A stretch of DNA of 64,000 bases from Collinsella sp. (GTDB taxonomy: Bacteria; Actinomycetota; Coriobacteriia; Coriobacteriales; Coriobacteriaceae). The notes under the pieces were generated by a model, which was not told the origin of the DNA, did not search any database, and saw only the letters and a program-made list of their open reading frames with translations. Positions 49,853 to 60,064 of this stretch are shown piece after piece. The translations under genes were made by a program, and so were the position numbers. The stretch is taken from positions 626 through 64,625 of the forward strand of contig JAHYYK010000004.1 of assembly GCA_019425005.1 (NCBI GenBank). Reading direction: 5' to 3'. The stretch's first letter is position 1. Every line of letters begins with the position of its first letter.

Positions 49853-49946
49853 TTCACTATTTGTGTAGTTCACAATTAGTGAATATAGCTGAGTCGAAAC
49901 ATTTTGCAAGTATCTATTTCACTTTTTGTAAAGTTTTTCGTACAAT
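49853..49946. promoter_or_regulatory. Lysis/lysogeny switch: divergent promoters and TTCAC-N5-GTGAA operators
   Basis: Operators at 49853, 49869 (perfect) and 49918; plus-strand TTCACT-17-TACAAT; minus-strand TTGCAA-16-TATATT. Confidence 0.7.
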
Positions 49947-49977
49947 AAGTTCGCGCCAGTGAACCAGGAGGCAAGAT

Positions 49978-50211
49978 ATGAACAACCGGCTAAAAGCCAC
50001 CAGACTTAAATATGGCAAAAAGCAGGCAGAAATAGCAGAGGTCTTAGGTATTGGCGTCTCGGCTTATTCCATGATGGAAAGCGGACAACGTGAGATCAAC
50101 TCATCGAAGCTAATAGCCCTGTCTAAGTTCTATGGATGCACGACCGATGAACTTCTGGGATCTTGGGCATATTTCAAGAAACAACAAGACCAGTCGACCA
50201 AGGAGGAATAA
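49978..50211 (+). CDS. CI-like XRE repressor (HTH only)
   Basis: NRLK..R..QAEIAEVLGI..YSMMESG..TDELLG; divergent from cro. Confidence 0.85.
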   Translation: MNNRLKATRLKYGKKQAEIAEVLGIGVSAYSMMESGQREINSSKLIALSKFYGCTTDELLGSWAYFKKQQDQSTKEE

Positions 50212-50213
50212 GC

Positions 50214-50903
50214 ATGGGAGATTACGACGACAACGAGAAGGACGACGACTACTACAGCGAGGAGGACAAGGAATTCGACCTCGAGCGCATGAGGAAGGAA
50301 ACAGAGGAGCTCAAGCGCAACGGCGAGCTGCGCCTTGAGGAGCTCAAGAGCGCCATCAGCGCCAAAAAGGGCAAGCAGGAGTTCACGCCCACGCACGATT
50401 ACGGCAAGTTCGCCATCGACACCGAGCGCGGCGTCATCTGCGTGAAGAGGGCGACTGCAGCGGTCAAGAAGAAGGGTATGGGCATCGCCGGCAAGGCCAC
50501 GCTCGCGTTGTTCACCGGCGGTCTTTCGCTGGTTGCTGAAAAGGCAATGGAGGCGAAGCCCTACTACGCCCCCATCGCATCCATTCGCGGCTTCTCTGTG
50601 CTCGTGGACGGCTCCGAGGTGACCACCGGCAGTTTCGGCGGTGGCTCGATGACATTCGGCGGCCAGAGTAACTTCTCCATGTCGGGCATGAGCGGCAATT
50701 TCGTCTCCGACAAGCAGAAGTACGTCGATACGCTCGCTCTGAAAATCGACTTCAACGACCTCGACATGCCTACCACGGTCATCACGTACATCAGCGAGCG
50801 CACGAAGACCTCGAGCCGCGACTACCGCAAGGCCGAGGGTGAGCTGATGAACGCTGTGGGCGCTCTCGAGATCATACTCAATCAGGAGCGAGCCACCTGG
50901 TAG
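50214..50903 (+). CDS. Lysogeny-module protein of unknown function
   Basis: Between repressor and integrase; acidic N-terminus; LALFTGGLSL hydrophobic patch. Confidence 0.7.
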   Translation: MGDYDDNEKDDDYYSEEDKEFDLERMRKETEELKRNGELRLEELKSAISAKKGKQEFTPTHDYGKFAIDTERGVICVKRATAAVKKKGMGIAGKATLALFTGGLSLVAEKAMEAKPYYAPIASIRGFSVLVDGSEVTTGSFGGGSMTFGGQSNFSMSGMSGNFVSDKQKYVDTLALKIDFNDLDMPTTVITYISERTKTSSRDYRKAEGELMNAVGALEIILNQERATW

Positions 50904-51030
50904 CGATAAACAGATTTTCTGTTTATAGAAGAAAGCGCCCCACCAATCCGCCAAGACCAAGTGGAGCGCTAAACAATCCCATCCGCATTGCTAGAGTCGG
51001 CTATGCCCGACAGGAGGGACTTTTTTAATT

Positions 51031-52161
51031 ATGACACGTTCGTCATGGGGAACGAAGACCAAAATCGCCAAGAATAAGTGGCGCATCAGGTGGTGCGAGT
51101 GGGACGGGCTCAACCGCGTGCGCAAATCCAAGACGCTCTGCCCCTGCACCTCGCGTGAAGCCGACGATGAGCTGCGCCGCCTTTGGCAAATCCACCACCT
51201 GCCACCAAATGAGCGCGTGATACCGTGCCCGACATTTTCGCAATGCTGGTACGAGTGGTATCTGCCCGAGCTGAACAGCCGCGTAGAAAAAGAAGAGCTT
51301 GCCGACAACACGCGCAAGGTGTACCTGACCCAATGGGCAGCGCACATCGAAAAGCGATGGGGAAAGGTAGCGCTCGACAAGGTTGATGTGAACGAGTACC
51401 AGCTGTGGCTAAAGACGCTAAAGCCGTCCGTTGCCAAACTGTCCAACATCACGGTCGGGAACCTCGTAACGTGCGCCAAGCTGCACGGCGTAAAGGGAAT
51501 TTCTTTTAAGGACGTGGCATACAAGATGCCCAAGAACGACAAGACCCCCAACAGCGAACTCGAAGTGTACACGCTCCCCGAACTCCACCGGCTTTTAAAG
51601 GAAGTGGAGGGAAAGCGCTACGAATCGAGCTGCATCCTCATGGGAATCGGCTCGTGCCGCGTCGGCGAAGCGTCGGCGGCGAGCGTGGATGATATCTCGT
51701 TCGAGCGGTACAACGGCCATACCTACGCCGTCTATGACCTCCATCGGCAGTTCGGTTTCAACGCCCAGGGGTTCATGGCACTGAAGACCAAGGACAGCTA
51801 CCGGCCAATCGTCATCCCCGAGCCATGGAGCCTGCGCCTGCGCGAGATCATCGCCGAGCGACGCGCCGAGGGCGAGCGCTATCTGGTAGACCGCGGCACC
51901 GGCTACCCCTACGATCGCAGCACGCTCAACCAGTTCTGGCGCAAGGACTTTAAGAATGGAGACATAACGGTGCGCTACCTTCCGATGAAGAACCTGCGCA
52001 ACACGTGGGCCACGGCGATGCTGTGGAAGTACAATGTTCCCGCCCAGATGGTGGACAAGATGATGGGCCACGCAGCCAAGAATATTCTCGGTAAAAATTA
52101 CGACCGCCCCGACAAACAGATGTTCATCGAGACGGTCGATAGAGCCTATTTCGGCAATTAG
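51031..52161 (+). CDS. int: Tyrosine integrase
   Basis: CRVGE, LKTK, KNLR, MMGH, catalytic Y in KNY; adjacent to att. Confidence 0.92.
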   Translation: MTRSSWGTKTKIAKNKWRIRWCEWDGLNRVRKSKTLCPCTSREADDELRRLWQIHHLPPNERVIPCPTFSQCWYEWYLPELNSRVEKEELADNTRKVYLTQWAAHIEKRWGKVALDKVDVNEYQLWLKTLKPSVAKLSNITVGNLVTCAKLHGVKGISFKDVAYKMPKNDKTPNSELEVYTLPELHRLLKEVEGKRYESSCILMGIGSCRVGEASAASVDDISFERYNGHTYAVYDLHRQFGFNAQGFMALKTKDSYRPIVIPEPWSLRLREIIAERRAEGERYLVDRGTGYPYDRSTLNQFWRKDFKNGDITVRYLPMKNLRNTWATAMLWKYNVPAQMVDKMMGHAAKNILGKNYDRPDKQMFIETVDRAYFGN

Positions 52162-52239
52162 TTAGGTACCCTTAAGGACAAATTAGGACGCAAAACCTTT
52201 ATGCAAGCGTTCTACCTGCGGGTTTGTACCTATCCGCGA

Positions 52240-52518
52240 CTACTGGATGTTGTCGCGGATGCCCAGAGCCTTGATGAGCTCACGGTACTCGACGATGTCG
52301 TTCTTCTTGATGTAGGAGAGAAGACGACGACGACGGCCGACGAGCATGAGCAGGCCACGACGGGTGTGGAAGTCCTTCTGGTGGGACTTCATGTGCTCGG
52401 TCAGCTCCTTGATGCGCTCGGACAGGATGGCGACCTGAACCTTGGGGTTGCCGGTGTCGACCGGAGTGTTACCGAACTGGGCAGTCAGCTCCGCCTTGCG
52501 CTCTTTGGAAACAGTCAT
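52240..52518 (-). CDS. rpsO: 30S ribosomal protein S15
   Basis: DTGNPKVQVAIL..RI..LTEH...RRGLL.LVGRRRRLL.Y. Confidence 0.98.
   Translation of the reverse strand: MTVSKERKAELTAQFGNTPVDTGNPKVQVAILSERIKELTEHMKSHQKDFHTRRGLLMLVGRRRRLLSYIKKNDIVEYRELIKALGIRDNIQ
52241..52251. repeat. att core, right (rpsO-side) junction
   Basis: TACTGGATGTT flanked by the perfect inverted repeat ATCCGCGAC/GTCGCGGAT. Confidence 0.9.
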
Positions 52519-52656
52519 TGTTTCACCTTTCGTTTTGCGTCGCCATCGGGCGACTCGATTCGCCTCGGACTGGGAAGCCGCCGGTGGAGCGAGCAACCAA
52601 GGTCGAGGTACCAACAGGCCGATATGTTACCACAAGCAGCCCGCGCCTGCGCGTCA

Positions 52657-53406
52657 TCACCGACCCAACATGAATTCCATCGCGCGGAGGCGCTGATCGG
52701 TGTGCGTCGCAGCCCAAACATGCGAAAGCCCGAGCAGGAATGCCGCCGTATGCGGGTCGATTCGCTCGGCCATGAGCGCATCGAAGGTCATGGACATGAG
52801 GGCGCGCAGCCATGCGGTCTCACCGGTCGAGACCAGCTCGGCACCCGGAACGCTCGACGCGCACGACCCGCACATGAGACCGCCCGCCTGGGCTGAAAAA
52901 TACGACAGCATGGGGTCTCCGCACAGCACACAGGCCGAAAAATCGGGACGATAGCCAACGTGCGATAGCAGCTTAAAGACATATGCCGCCACAAGTAGGT
53001 CCATATGTGCCGTGTCAAGCCCGCTGCCCACCAGGGCAAGCGCTCGCTGCGTTATGGCAAAGGTAAACGGGTCCTCGGCGTCCTCGAACGAGCACACGCG
53101 CGCGACCTCGGCGATCGCGCTTGCGGCGCAGGTCGTCTCGTAATCGGGCGCAGCGCCGAGCGGCGCCTCCATAAGCTCGGCCTGAGAAACCACGTCGAGT
53201 GACCGTCCATGTGCGAGCAGCATATCGACCGTACAGAACAGCTCGCAGCGCGCAGCCAGGCGTCCGCCGGGTTTGCGGGCGCCCTTTGCCACTGCACGAA
53301 CCTGCCGTCCACGCTCGTCAAGCATCGTCAAGATCAGGTCGGTCTCTTTGAGCTTCGTCTTATCGAGCACGAGCACTTTCGTGCGATATGTCCGGGAGCC
53401 TGCCAT
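52657..53406 (-). CDS. recO: DNA repair protein RecO
   Basis: ETD.I..L..G.VRAVAKGARK; CxxC zinc finger. Confidence 0.93.
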   Translation of the reverse strand: MAGSRTYRTKVLVLDKTKLKETDLILTMLDERGRQVRAVAKGARKPGGRLAARCELFCTVDMLLAHGRSLDVVSQAELMEAPLGAAPDYETTCAASAIAEVARVCSFEDAEDPFTFAITQRALALVGSGLDTAHMDLLVAAYVFKLLSHVGYRPDFSACVLCGDPMLSYFSAQAGGLMCGSCASSVPGAELVSTGETAWLRALMSMTFDALMAERIDPHTAAFLLGLSHVWAATHTDQRLRAMEFMLGR

Positions 53407-53421
53407 GCGCGCCGCGCGTCC

Positions 53422-54498
53422 TTAGTCCTCGGCGTTATAGCCAAAGCGGCGAATCTGGGCCTCGTCGTCGCGCCAGCCGGACTTGACCTTCACGTCCAGC
53501 TCCAAAAAGACCTGCGTGCCAAAGATGCGCTCAAGATCGCGACGGGCGTCGATACCGATATGCTTGATCATCTCGCCGCCTTTGCCGATGATGATGCCCT
53601 TTTGGCCCTCGCGCTCGACGTAAATGGTGGCGTGCACGCGCAGCACCTTCTTGGTCTGCTCGAGCGCATCGCAGATCACGCCAACGGAGTGCGGAATCTC
53701 ATCACGGGTGCGGCGCAAGACCTTCTCGCGCACAAACTCGGCAACGAGCGTCTCGTCGGAAGCGTCGGTACCCATGTCCTCGGGGAACCAACGCGGACCC
53801 TCGGGCAAAAAGTGCGCAACGGTCTCGATAAAGGCATCGACGTTGAAGTTCTTGACCGACGACGTCACGATCTCGTCGTCATATTCCATGAGCTCGTGGG
53901 CGGCCTTAAGCTGCTCCATGACCTGTGCGGGATCGGCCTCATCGGCCTTGGTGAGCACCAAGACCTTCTTGCAACGGGCGCATCTGACGCGCTCGGCAAC
54001 CCAGGCGTCTCCCCTGCCAATCGGTTTGGTGGCATCAATCAAAAACGCGACAACGTCGACATCGTTCAGCTCGAACAGCGCGCTCTTGTTGAGCTCGGAT
54101 CCCAGGCCGTCCTTGGGCTTATGAATACCCGGGGTATCGACAAAGACTAGCTGGTAACCGGGACGGTTGACGACGGCGCGCATGCGGCGGCGGGTCGTCT
54201 GGGCCACCGGCGAGGTGATGGCGACCTTTTTGCCATAGCAGGCGTTGAGCAGCGTGGACTTGCCGGCGTTGGGGCGACCGACCAGGGCGACGAAGCCGCT
54301 GCGGAAACCGGGTTCAACGTCGCCAAAGCCCGCGAGGCCATCGTCCTCGTCGCACAGGGCGTCGAGCTCCTCGTCGCTCATGCCCTCAAACGGGTCAAAC
54401 TCCTCGACCTCCTCATAGGCCTCGGTCTCCTCGGCATCCACCGCATCCAGGGACTCGTCGTCCAAAATTTCATCGATAGGCTGCATATTGTCGGACAT
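53422..54498 (-). CDS. era: GTPase Era
   Basis: GRPNAGKS, QTTR, DTPG, KH domain. Confidence 0.96.
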   Translation of the reverse strand: MSDNMQPIDEILDDESLDAVDAEETEAYEEVEEFDPFEGMSDEELDALCDEDDGLAGFGDVEPGFRSGFVALVGRPNAGKSTLLNACYGKKVAITSPVAQTTRRRMRAVVNRPGYQLVFVDTPGIHKPKDGLGSELNKSALFELNDVDVVAFLIDATKPIGRGDAWVAERVRCARCKKVLVLTKADEADPAQVMEQLKAAHELMEYDDEIVTSSVKNFNVDAFIETVAHFLPEGPRWFPEDMGTDASDETLVAEFVREKVLRRTRDEIPHSVGVICDALEQTKKVLRVHATIYVEREGQKGIIIGKGGEMIKHIGIDARRDLERIFGTQVFLELDVKVKSGWRDDEAQIRRFGYNAED

Positions 54499-54510
54499 GG
54501 AAATCCCTTT

Positions 54511-54888
54511 CTAAATAAAGTCGAGCGCGTGGGCAAATACCAGCAATCCCACAATCGCGGCGGTGATGGAAAGTACGTATACGGAGGCGGCGGCGATATC
54601 CTTCGCACGCTTTGCCAGAGGATGGATCTCCTGGGTCGCCAGATCGACAATCGCCTCCATGGCGGTGTTGCACAGCTCGCCGTGAATCACCAGGCCACAA
54701 CAGATGATAATCGTGGCCCACTCGGCAATGTCGAGCCCCACGATGCAGCCGGCAATGACGGTGCACACGCCCGCCACAAGCATGACCTTAATGTTGCGCT
54801 CGGTCTTGACGGCGGTGACGAAGCCCTCCATGGCGTAGGAGAAGGACTTTAAGAAGGACGGATGATCCTTGTTCGATCCGGGAATCAT
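54511..54888 (-). CDS. dgkA: Diacylglycerol/undecaprenol kinase
   Basis: E..NTAME.IVDL...AKRAKDIAA. Confidence 0.9.
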   Translation of the reverse strand: MIPGSNKDHPSFLKSFSYAMEGFVTAVKTERNIKVMLVAGVCTVIAGCIVGLDIAEWATIIICCGLVIHGELCNTAMEAIVDLATQEIHPLAKRAKDIAAASVYVLSITAAIVGLLVFAHALDFI

Positions 54889-54897
54889 AGACGGCTC

Positions 54898-55407
54898 CTA
54901 GTCGTGGGCGTGGTTGGTGATGGGGCCGACGTGGACCAGCTTGGGGTCCTCGCCGCGCTCGAGCGCCAGATCGCGCAGGATGGCGTCCTCGCGGGCCTCC
55001 ATGACCTCGGCCTCGTCGTCCTCAATGTGGTCATACCCCAGCAGGTGCAGCATGCCATGCACGAGCATCAGGCGGCACTCGTCGGCAGGGCTATTGCCAA
55101 AGCCGGGGGCCTGACGGGCAATGACCTGCGGGGCCAGGATGATATCGCCGAGCTCGAGCGTCTCGTCGGCGGGAATATCCTCGTCAAAGGCCGAGTCGCA
55201 TTCAAACGAGAGGACATCGGTGGTGCGGTCGATACCGCGCCACTCGTGGTTGAGCTCGTGCATCTCGTCTTCATCGACATACGAAAGGGAAATCTCGACT
55301 TCACGCTCAACGCCCTCGGCGGCAAGCACAACCTCGCAGATGTGCTCTACCTCCTGAGCGTCGAGCAGCGTATCGAGCTCGGCATCGTTGCTGATCAATA
55401 CACTCAA
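54898..55407 (-). CDS. ybeY: rRNA maturation RNase YbeY
   Basis: TDVLSF, HGMLHLLGYDH. Confidence 0.95.
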   Translation of the reverse strand: MSVLISNDAELDTLLDAQEVEHICEVVLAAEGVEREVEISLSYVDEDEMHELNHEWRGIDRTTDVLSFECDSAFDEDIPADETLELGDIILAPQVIARQAPGFGNSPADECRLMLVHGMLHLLGYDHIEDDEAEVMEAREDAILRDLALERGEDPKLVHVGPITNHAHD

Positions 55408-56390
55408 CGGGACTCCTTTCGGTCGCGCGAGCGCTGCTCGCGCACGTCATCATAAGCATCATATGCCTCGACGATACGTCCCACCAGGGCATGGCGCACC
55501 ACGTCGGCACGCTCGAGGTGAGAAAATGCGACATCGTCGACACGGCCCAAAATCTTCTCGACATCCGCCAAGCCACCACGACGGCCCACCAGGTCACGCT
55601 GGCTCAGGTCGCCAGTAATCACAAACTTGGAGTTAAAGCCCAGGCGCGTCAGGAACATCTTCATCTGCTCGGGCGTGGTATTTTGGGCCTCGTCGAGCAC
55701 CACGAAGGCATCGCTCAGCGTACGGCCGCGCATGTAGGCAAGCGGGGCGATCTCAATCACGCCGCGCTCCATAAGCTCATCGGTGCGTTCGCGATCCATC
55801 ATGTCAAAAAGGGCGTCGTAGAGCGGACGCATGTAGGGATCGATCTTTTCCTCAAGGGTACCGGGCAAAAAGCCCAGGTTCTCCCCCGCCTCGACAACCG
55901 GACGTGTCAAGATCAGACGGCCCACCTCGTGACGCTTGAGCGCGGCAACGGCGAGCGCCATAGCCAGATAGGTCTTACCGGTACCGGCAGGACCCAAGCC
56001 AAACGTGATGGTATGCGAGCGGATGGCATCCACATAGCGCTTTTGCCCGAGCGTCTTGGGGCGAATGACGCGGCCGCGATACGAAAGCAGCACGTCATCG
56101 CGAAGCGACGTAGCCTCGTGCTCACCGTCGCGCAAGACAGCCAGGCAGCGAGAGACATCGTCGGCAGACAGCGTGCGCCCGGCGGCCGCCTCGCGAAAAG
56201 CGTGCTCGAAAAAGCGCGCCACGAGTTCGACCTCGTCCGGGTCGCCGCTCACGGCGATGCTATCGCCACGGGCGACCACATGAGCGCGAACCAAGCTCTC
56301 GAGCGCACGAAGGACGCCGTCGCCGGCGCCCAAAACGCGCGAGGGATCAATTCCCTCGGGAACGGTAAGTCTAATCTTCGAGGCTTCCAT
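55404..56390 (-). CDS. phoH: PhoH-family ATPase
   Basis: [26 protein letters not shown]. Confidence 0.95.
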   Translation of the reverse strand: MEASKIRLTVPEGIDPSRVLGAGDGVLRALESLVRAHVVARGDSIAVSGDPDEVELVARFFEHAFREAAAGRTLSADDVSRCLAVLRDGEHEATSLRDDVLLSYRGRVIRPKTLGQKRYVDAIRSHTITFGLGPAGTGKTYLAMALAVAALKRHEVGRLILTRPVVEAGENLGFLPGTLEEKIDPYMRPLYDALFDMMDRERTDELMERGVIEIAPLAYMRGRTLSDAFVVLDEAQNTTPEQMKMFLTRLGFNSKFVITGDLSQRDLVGRRGGLADVEKILGRVDDVAFSHLERADVVRHALVGRIVEAYDAYDDVREQRSRDRKESR

Positions 56391-57663
56391 GAACCTCCCT
56401 GCGTGCATGGACCAAGCCGGAATCATCGACTCCGATGATAGCAACATCGAGCAGGCACGGGGCTGTAAGTCCACAGGTATCGTCAAGACGGGCATGATGG
56501 AACGAGCCGAGCGTCAGGTTGTCACCATACTCGAGCACGGCACGCTCGACCGTGCCCACGCGACGACGAGCGTCGGCAATGGCGAGCTCCTGTGCGGCGG
56601 CCCGCATACGGCGGCTGCGCTCGGCCATAACCTCGGGCGGCACCTGGCCGGGCATCTCGGCAGCAAGGGTGCCGGGACGCTTGCTGTAGCGGAACACGTG
56701 CATACGCGAGAAACCCACACGGCGGCACAGCGCCAGCGACTCCTCGAACTCCTCGTCCGTCTCGCCAGGGAAGCCGACAATAACGTCGCAAGAAAGTGAC
56801 GCCTGCGGCAGATTGGCGCGAATCATGCGCACCGTGTCCTCAAAGGCCTCGGCACTATAGGGACGGCCCATGCGATGCAGGGTCGCCGTGCAGCCGGACT
56901 GCACGGGCAGGTGCAAAAACGGGGCGATACGCTGCGGGTAGCGCGCCATAACCTTAAGCAGGCGCTCGGAGATATCCATAGGCTCGACCGAGGAAATGCG
57001 CACATGCGGAATAGACGTGCGCTCCATGATGGCCTCGAGCAGCTCATCGATTTCGACGTGCTCGTCGGTCGCGCTCTTGCCATCGTAGGCACCCAGGTTC
57101 ACACCGGTCAGCACCACCTCGGGCACGCCGGCCTCCTGGGCCTCGCGAACTTGCTCGAGCACGGACTCGACGGGCACGGAGCGCTCGGGGCCGCGTGCCT
57201 TCCACACAATGCAATAGGTGCAGCGATGGTTGCAGCCGTCCTGAATCTTCACGCCCAGGCGAGAGCGACCGAGCACATCGACCACCTCGCCATCGCTGCA
57301 GGCGGGAACGTTATCGGACTCAACGCCCAGCACCTCGCAGACACGTTCGGCGACATCGATCTTGGACGGCTCGGCGATCACGCGATCCGAAAGCTCCAGC
57401 AGCTCCTCGGGATGCAAATTGACCACGCATCCGGTCACGACCACATAGGGCTCGTTTGGATAGGCCAGCGCATGACGGACGGCCTTACGGGTCTTGGCCT
57501 CGGCCTCGCCCGTAACGGCACAGGTGTTAATGACGATCAGATCGGCATCCTGGGAATCCACAATAGCAAAGCCCAGACGCATAAGATCGGCAGTGATGCG
57601 GTCAGACTCGACCCGGTTGACGCGGCAGCCGAGGTTGACGACGGAAATATGGGGTGCGAGCAC
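56371..57663 (-). CDS. mtaB: tRNA methylthiotransferase, MtaB-like
   Basis: LGCRVN..ES, NTCAVT, KIQDGCNHRCTYC. Confidence 0.85.
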   Translation of the reverse strand: MLAPHISVVNLGCRVNRVESDRITADLMRLGFAIVDSQDADLIVINTCAVTGEAEAKTRKAVRHALAYPNEPYVVVTGCVVNLHPEELLELSDRVIAEPSKIDVAERVCEVLGVESDNVPACSDGEVVDVLGRSRLGVKIQDGCNHRCTYCIVWKARGPERSVPVESVLEQVREAQEAGVPEVVLTGVNLGAYDGKSATDEHVEIDELLEAIMERTSIPHVRISSVEPMDISERLLKVMARYPQRIAPFLHLPVQSGCTATLHRMGRPYSAEAFEDTVRMIRANLPQASLSCDVIVGFPGETDEEFEESLALCRRVGFSRMHVFRYSKRPGTLAAEMPGQVPPEVMAERSRRMRAAAQELAIADARRRVGTVERAVLEYGDNLTLGSFHHARLDDTCGLTAPCLLDVAIIGVDDSGLVHARREVHGSLED

Positions 57664-57672
57664 GCGGGCTCC

Positions 57673-58821
57673 TTAATCGAGGATATCGTCGAGGGCACTC
57701 TTGATACGGTCGGTCACCGACTTCTTACCAGAAGCGACGTCATCGCCCATCTCATCGGCAAAAGCACGGAGCAGTTCGCGTTGCTTATTGGAAAGATTGG
57801 TGGGAACGACCACGCGCAGTTGCACGATCAGGCGGCCACGCGAACCGCCACCGCCAATGCGCGGCATGCCGTAATTATTGACGCTCACGGTGTCGCCGTA
57901 CTGGGCGCCGGCGGGAACCGTCACCTTAACGACCTCGTCGGGCATAATGCCCTCGACCTCAATCTCGCAGCCGAGCGCAGCCTGCGCAATCGAGATATCG
58001 CTCACCAGGTACAGGTCGTCACCGTTGCGCTTAAAGCGCTCATGGTCGGCAACACGCACGTTGACAATCAGGTCGCCCGAGGGCTCGCCGCGAAGGCCGG
58101 CCTCGCCAAAGCCGCTCACACGCAGCTGGCGACCGGTCGAAACGCCGGCGGGAATATCGATGTCGATCTTATCGTGCGAAGGCGTGCGGCCCTGGCCGTC
58201 ACAGGTCTCGCAGGGATGATCGATGACCGTGCCCTCGCCGTGGCAGTCGGGGCAAGGCGAAGAGGACTGAACCTGGCCCAGGAACGAACGCTGGACCGTC
58301 GTGACATAGCCCGTGCCGTGGCAGCGGCTGCACTGCTTTTCCTGTGCACCCTCGGCCCTACCGGTGCCGTTGCAATCCTCGCAGGGGGCAAGGCGGTCAT
58401 AGCTGATCGTCTTTTTGCAACCGAGCGCCGCCTCCTCAAGGGTCACCGAAAGGGAGATGGCCATATCACGGCCGCGACGACGCTTACGGCGATTTCGGGC
58501 GCCACCGCCGGCGCCGCCGCCAAAGAACGACGAGAAGAGGTCGTCCATGCCCATGCCGCCAAAGATATCGTTAATGTCGACATAGCCGGAGCCACCGGGA
58601 CCGTCGGGCGAACCGTAGCGATCGTAGTTAGCACGCTTCTGCTCATCGGAAAGAACGGAATAGGCCTCGTTGAGCTCCTTGAACTTGGCCTCGGCCTCGG
58701 GGTCGTCCGAAACATCCGGATGTACGGTACGGGCCTTCTTTAGAAACGCGCGCTTAATCGTCCGCGCATCGGCATCCTTGTCGACGCCAAGTACCTCGTA
58801 GTAATCCCTATTTTCCGACAC
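57673..58821 (-). CDS. dnaJ: Chaperone DnaJ
   Basis: J domain with HPD, four CxxCxGxG motifs, C-terminal domain. Confidence 0.93.
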   Translation of the reverse strand: MSENRDYYEVLGVDKDADARTIKRAFLKKARTVHPDVSDDPEAEAKFKELNEAYSVLSDEQKRANYDRYGSPDGPGGSGYVDINDIFGGMGMDDLFSSFFGGGAGGGARNRRKRRRGRDMAISLSVTLEEAALGCKKTISYDRLAPCEDCNGTGRAEGAQEKQCSRCHGTGYVTTVQRSFLGQVQSSSPCPDCHGEGTVIDHPCETCDGQGRTPSHDKIDIDIPAGVSTGRQLRVSGFGEAGLRGEPSGDLIVNVRVADHERFKRNGDDLYLVSDISIAQAALGCEIEVEGIMPDEVVKVTVPAGAQYGDTVSVNNYGMPRIGGGGSRGRLIVQLRVVVPTNLSNKQRELLRAFADEMGDDVASGKKSVTDRIKSALDDILD

Positions 58822-58902
58822 GACCGAATCCTTCCGACTTTCATTATTGTCACAGTGCGTCCTATACCCAAGCTGGGCCGGCCGCAAACAGAGGGCTAGA
58901 TG

Positions 58903-60006
58903 TTATTGCATTGCGTAGGGCGAAAGCATGGCACGTTGCGAGCAGCTCGCAAACCAAACCGACACGAGCGCGAACATAAATCCGTTGGCAAAACCGTTGG
59001 CAAACTGCATCGCGCCGCGCTTCCACCACAGCAGGCTGCGGTGCAGCACGCCGTCCGAGACCACCATGAAAAGGCCCATGGCAAACGGAATAAAGCACAT
59101 CACGGCAAAGGCCGAGAACACGCCCGATATGGCCGACAGCACCAAAAACGGCGCCACGATGCCCATCAGGTAAAAACCGGTACGGGCCTTGCCTTCCAGA
59201 CGCTCGGCCTCAACATGGGCACGGCCGACAAGATCGCCGCCCGAGGCACCGTTGGTGCCGGCGTGACCCATGCCGCCAATGCGGACCTCGTCGCCATCGT
59301 GCGTGCCGGCAGGAAACTCAATTGTCTGCTCGGAGGTCACACGGGTTCGACCGCTGCCGCCGCAATCGGGACAGGGGTCGGCGACGACCTTACCGGAACC
59401 TCCGCACTCGGGGCAGACCGACTGGAACGTGCCGGCACCGAACAGGAAGGACAGGTCGACGTCGATGTGGCCGCGACCGCCGCAGCTCGGACAGGTATGT
59501 GCATGCTCGGACGAAACAGAACCCGAGCCTCCGCAGTGACCACAGGTATCGAAGCGCGTATAGCGAACGGTCTTGCGGGCACCGCCCTTGGCCTCCTTGG
59601 CGTCGAGCTTAATATCGACGACCACGTTGGCGCCGTTCTCGGGATTATAGGCAGCCTGCCCGCGACGCGGCTGGCCCCAGGCGCCCCCGAAGGGGAAACC
59701 GCCGTCAAAGGGATTGCCGTAACCGGCGCTGCCGGCATAGCCACCGCCATAGGGCGAAGCCGTCGGTGCACCGGCAAAGGGATTGCCCGAGCGCATGGCG
59801 TCGTAGCGCGCACGCTTCTGCTCGTCCGAAAGCACGGCGTAGGCCTCGGAAACCTCTTTAAACTTTTCCTCGGCATCAGGTTCTTTGTTGACGTCCGGAT
59901 GGAGCTTGCGGGCCTTTTGCTGGAAGGCCTTCTGAATATCACGCGAGGTGGCGTCCTTGGAGACACCCAAAATCTCGTAGTAATCTTTTTCGTTCATCGT
60001 CGCCAT
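58903..60006 (-). CDS. DnaJ paralogue with zinc finger and C-terminal membrane helices
   Basis: HPD, four CxxCxGxG motifs, hydrophobic C-terminus. Confidence 0.85.
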   Translation of the reverse strand: MATMNEKDYYEILGVSKDATSRDIQKAFQQKARKLHPDVNKEPDAEEKFKEVSEAYAVLSDEQKRARYDAMRSGNPFAGAPTASPYGGGYAGSAGYGNPFDGGFPFGGAWGQPRRGQAAYNPENGANVVVDIKLDAKEAKGGARKTVRYTRFDTCGHCGGSGSVSSEHAHTCPSCGGRGHIDVDLSFLFGAGTFQSVCPECGGSGKVVADPCPDCGGSGRTRVTSEQTIEFPAGTHDGDEVRIGGMGHAGTNGASGGDLVGRAHVEAERLEGKARTGFYLMGIVAPFLVLSAISGVFSAFAVMCFIPFAMGLFMVVSDGVLHRSLLWWKRGAMQFANGFANGFMFALVSVWFASCSQRAMLSPYAMQ

Positions 60007-60064
60007 GCGCGGCAACCTCCTGCTCACAGCAGCGTATATATTGCGGTAATTCTACCCGAGCGGC

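Larger units (their letters stand above)
10590..52251. mobile_element. Integrated temperate siphovirus prophage (~41.65 kb), apparently complete
   Basis: Integrase, CI/Cro switch, replication, packaging, HK97-type head, tail and lysis modules, bounded by an 11-bp direct repeat that splits the rpsO-pnp locus. Confidence 0.96.

Noticed and set aside
51985..52005. Integrase HxxR motif reads KNLR, possibly inactive
   Set aside because: This His is variable among tyrosine recombinases; the other catalytic residues and the att sites look intact
52520..52635. S15 autoregulatory leader RNA upstream of rpsO
   Set aside because: Plausible by position (an extended -10 TGGTAACAT is present), but I cannot confirm the structure without a covariance model
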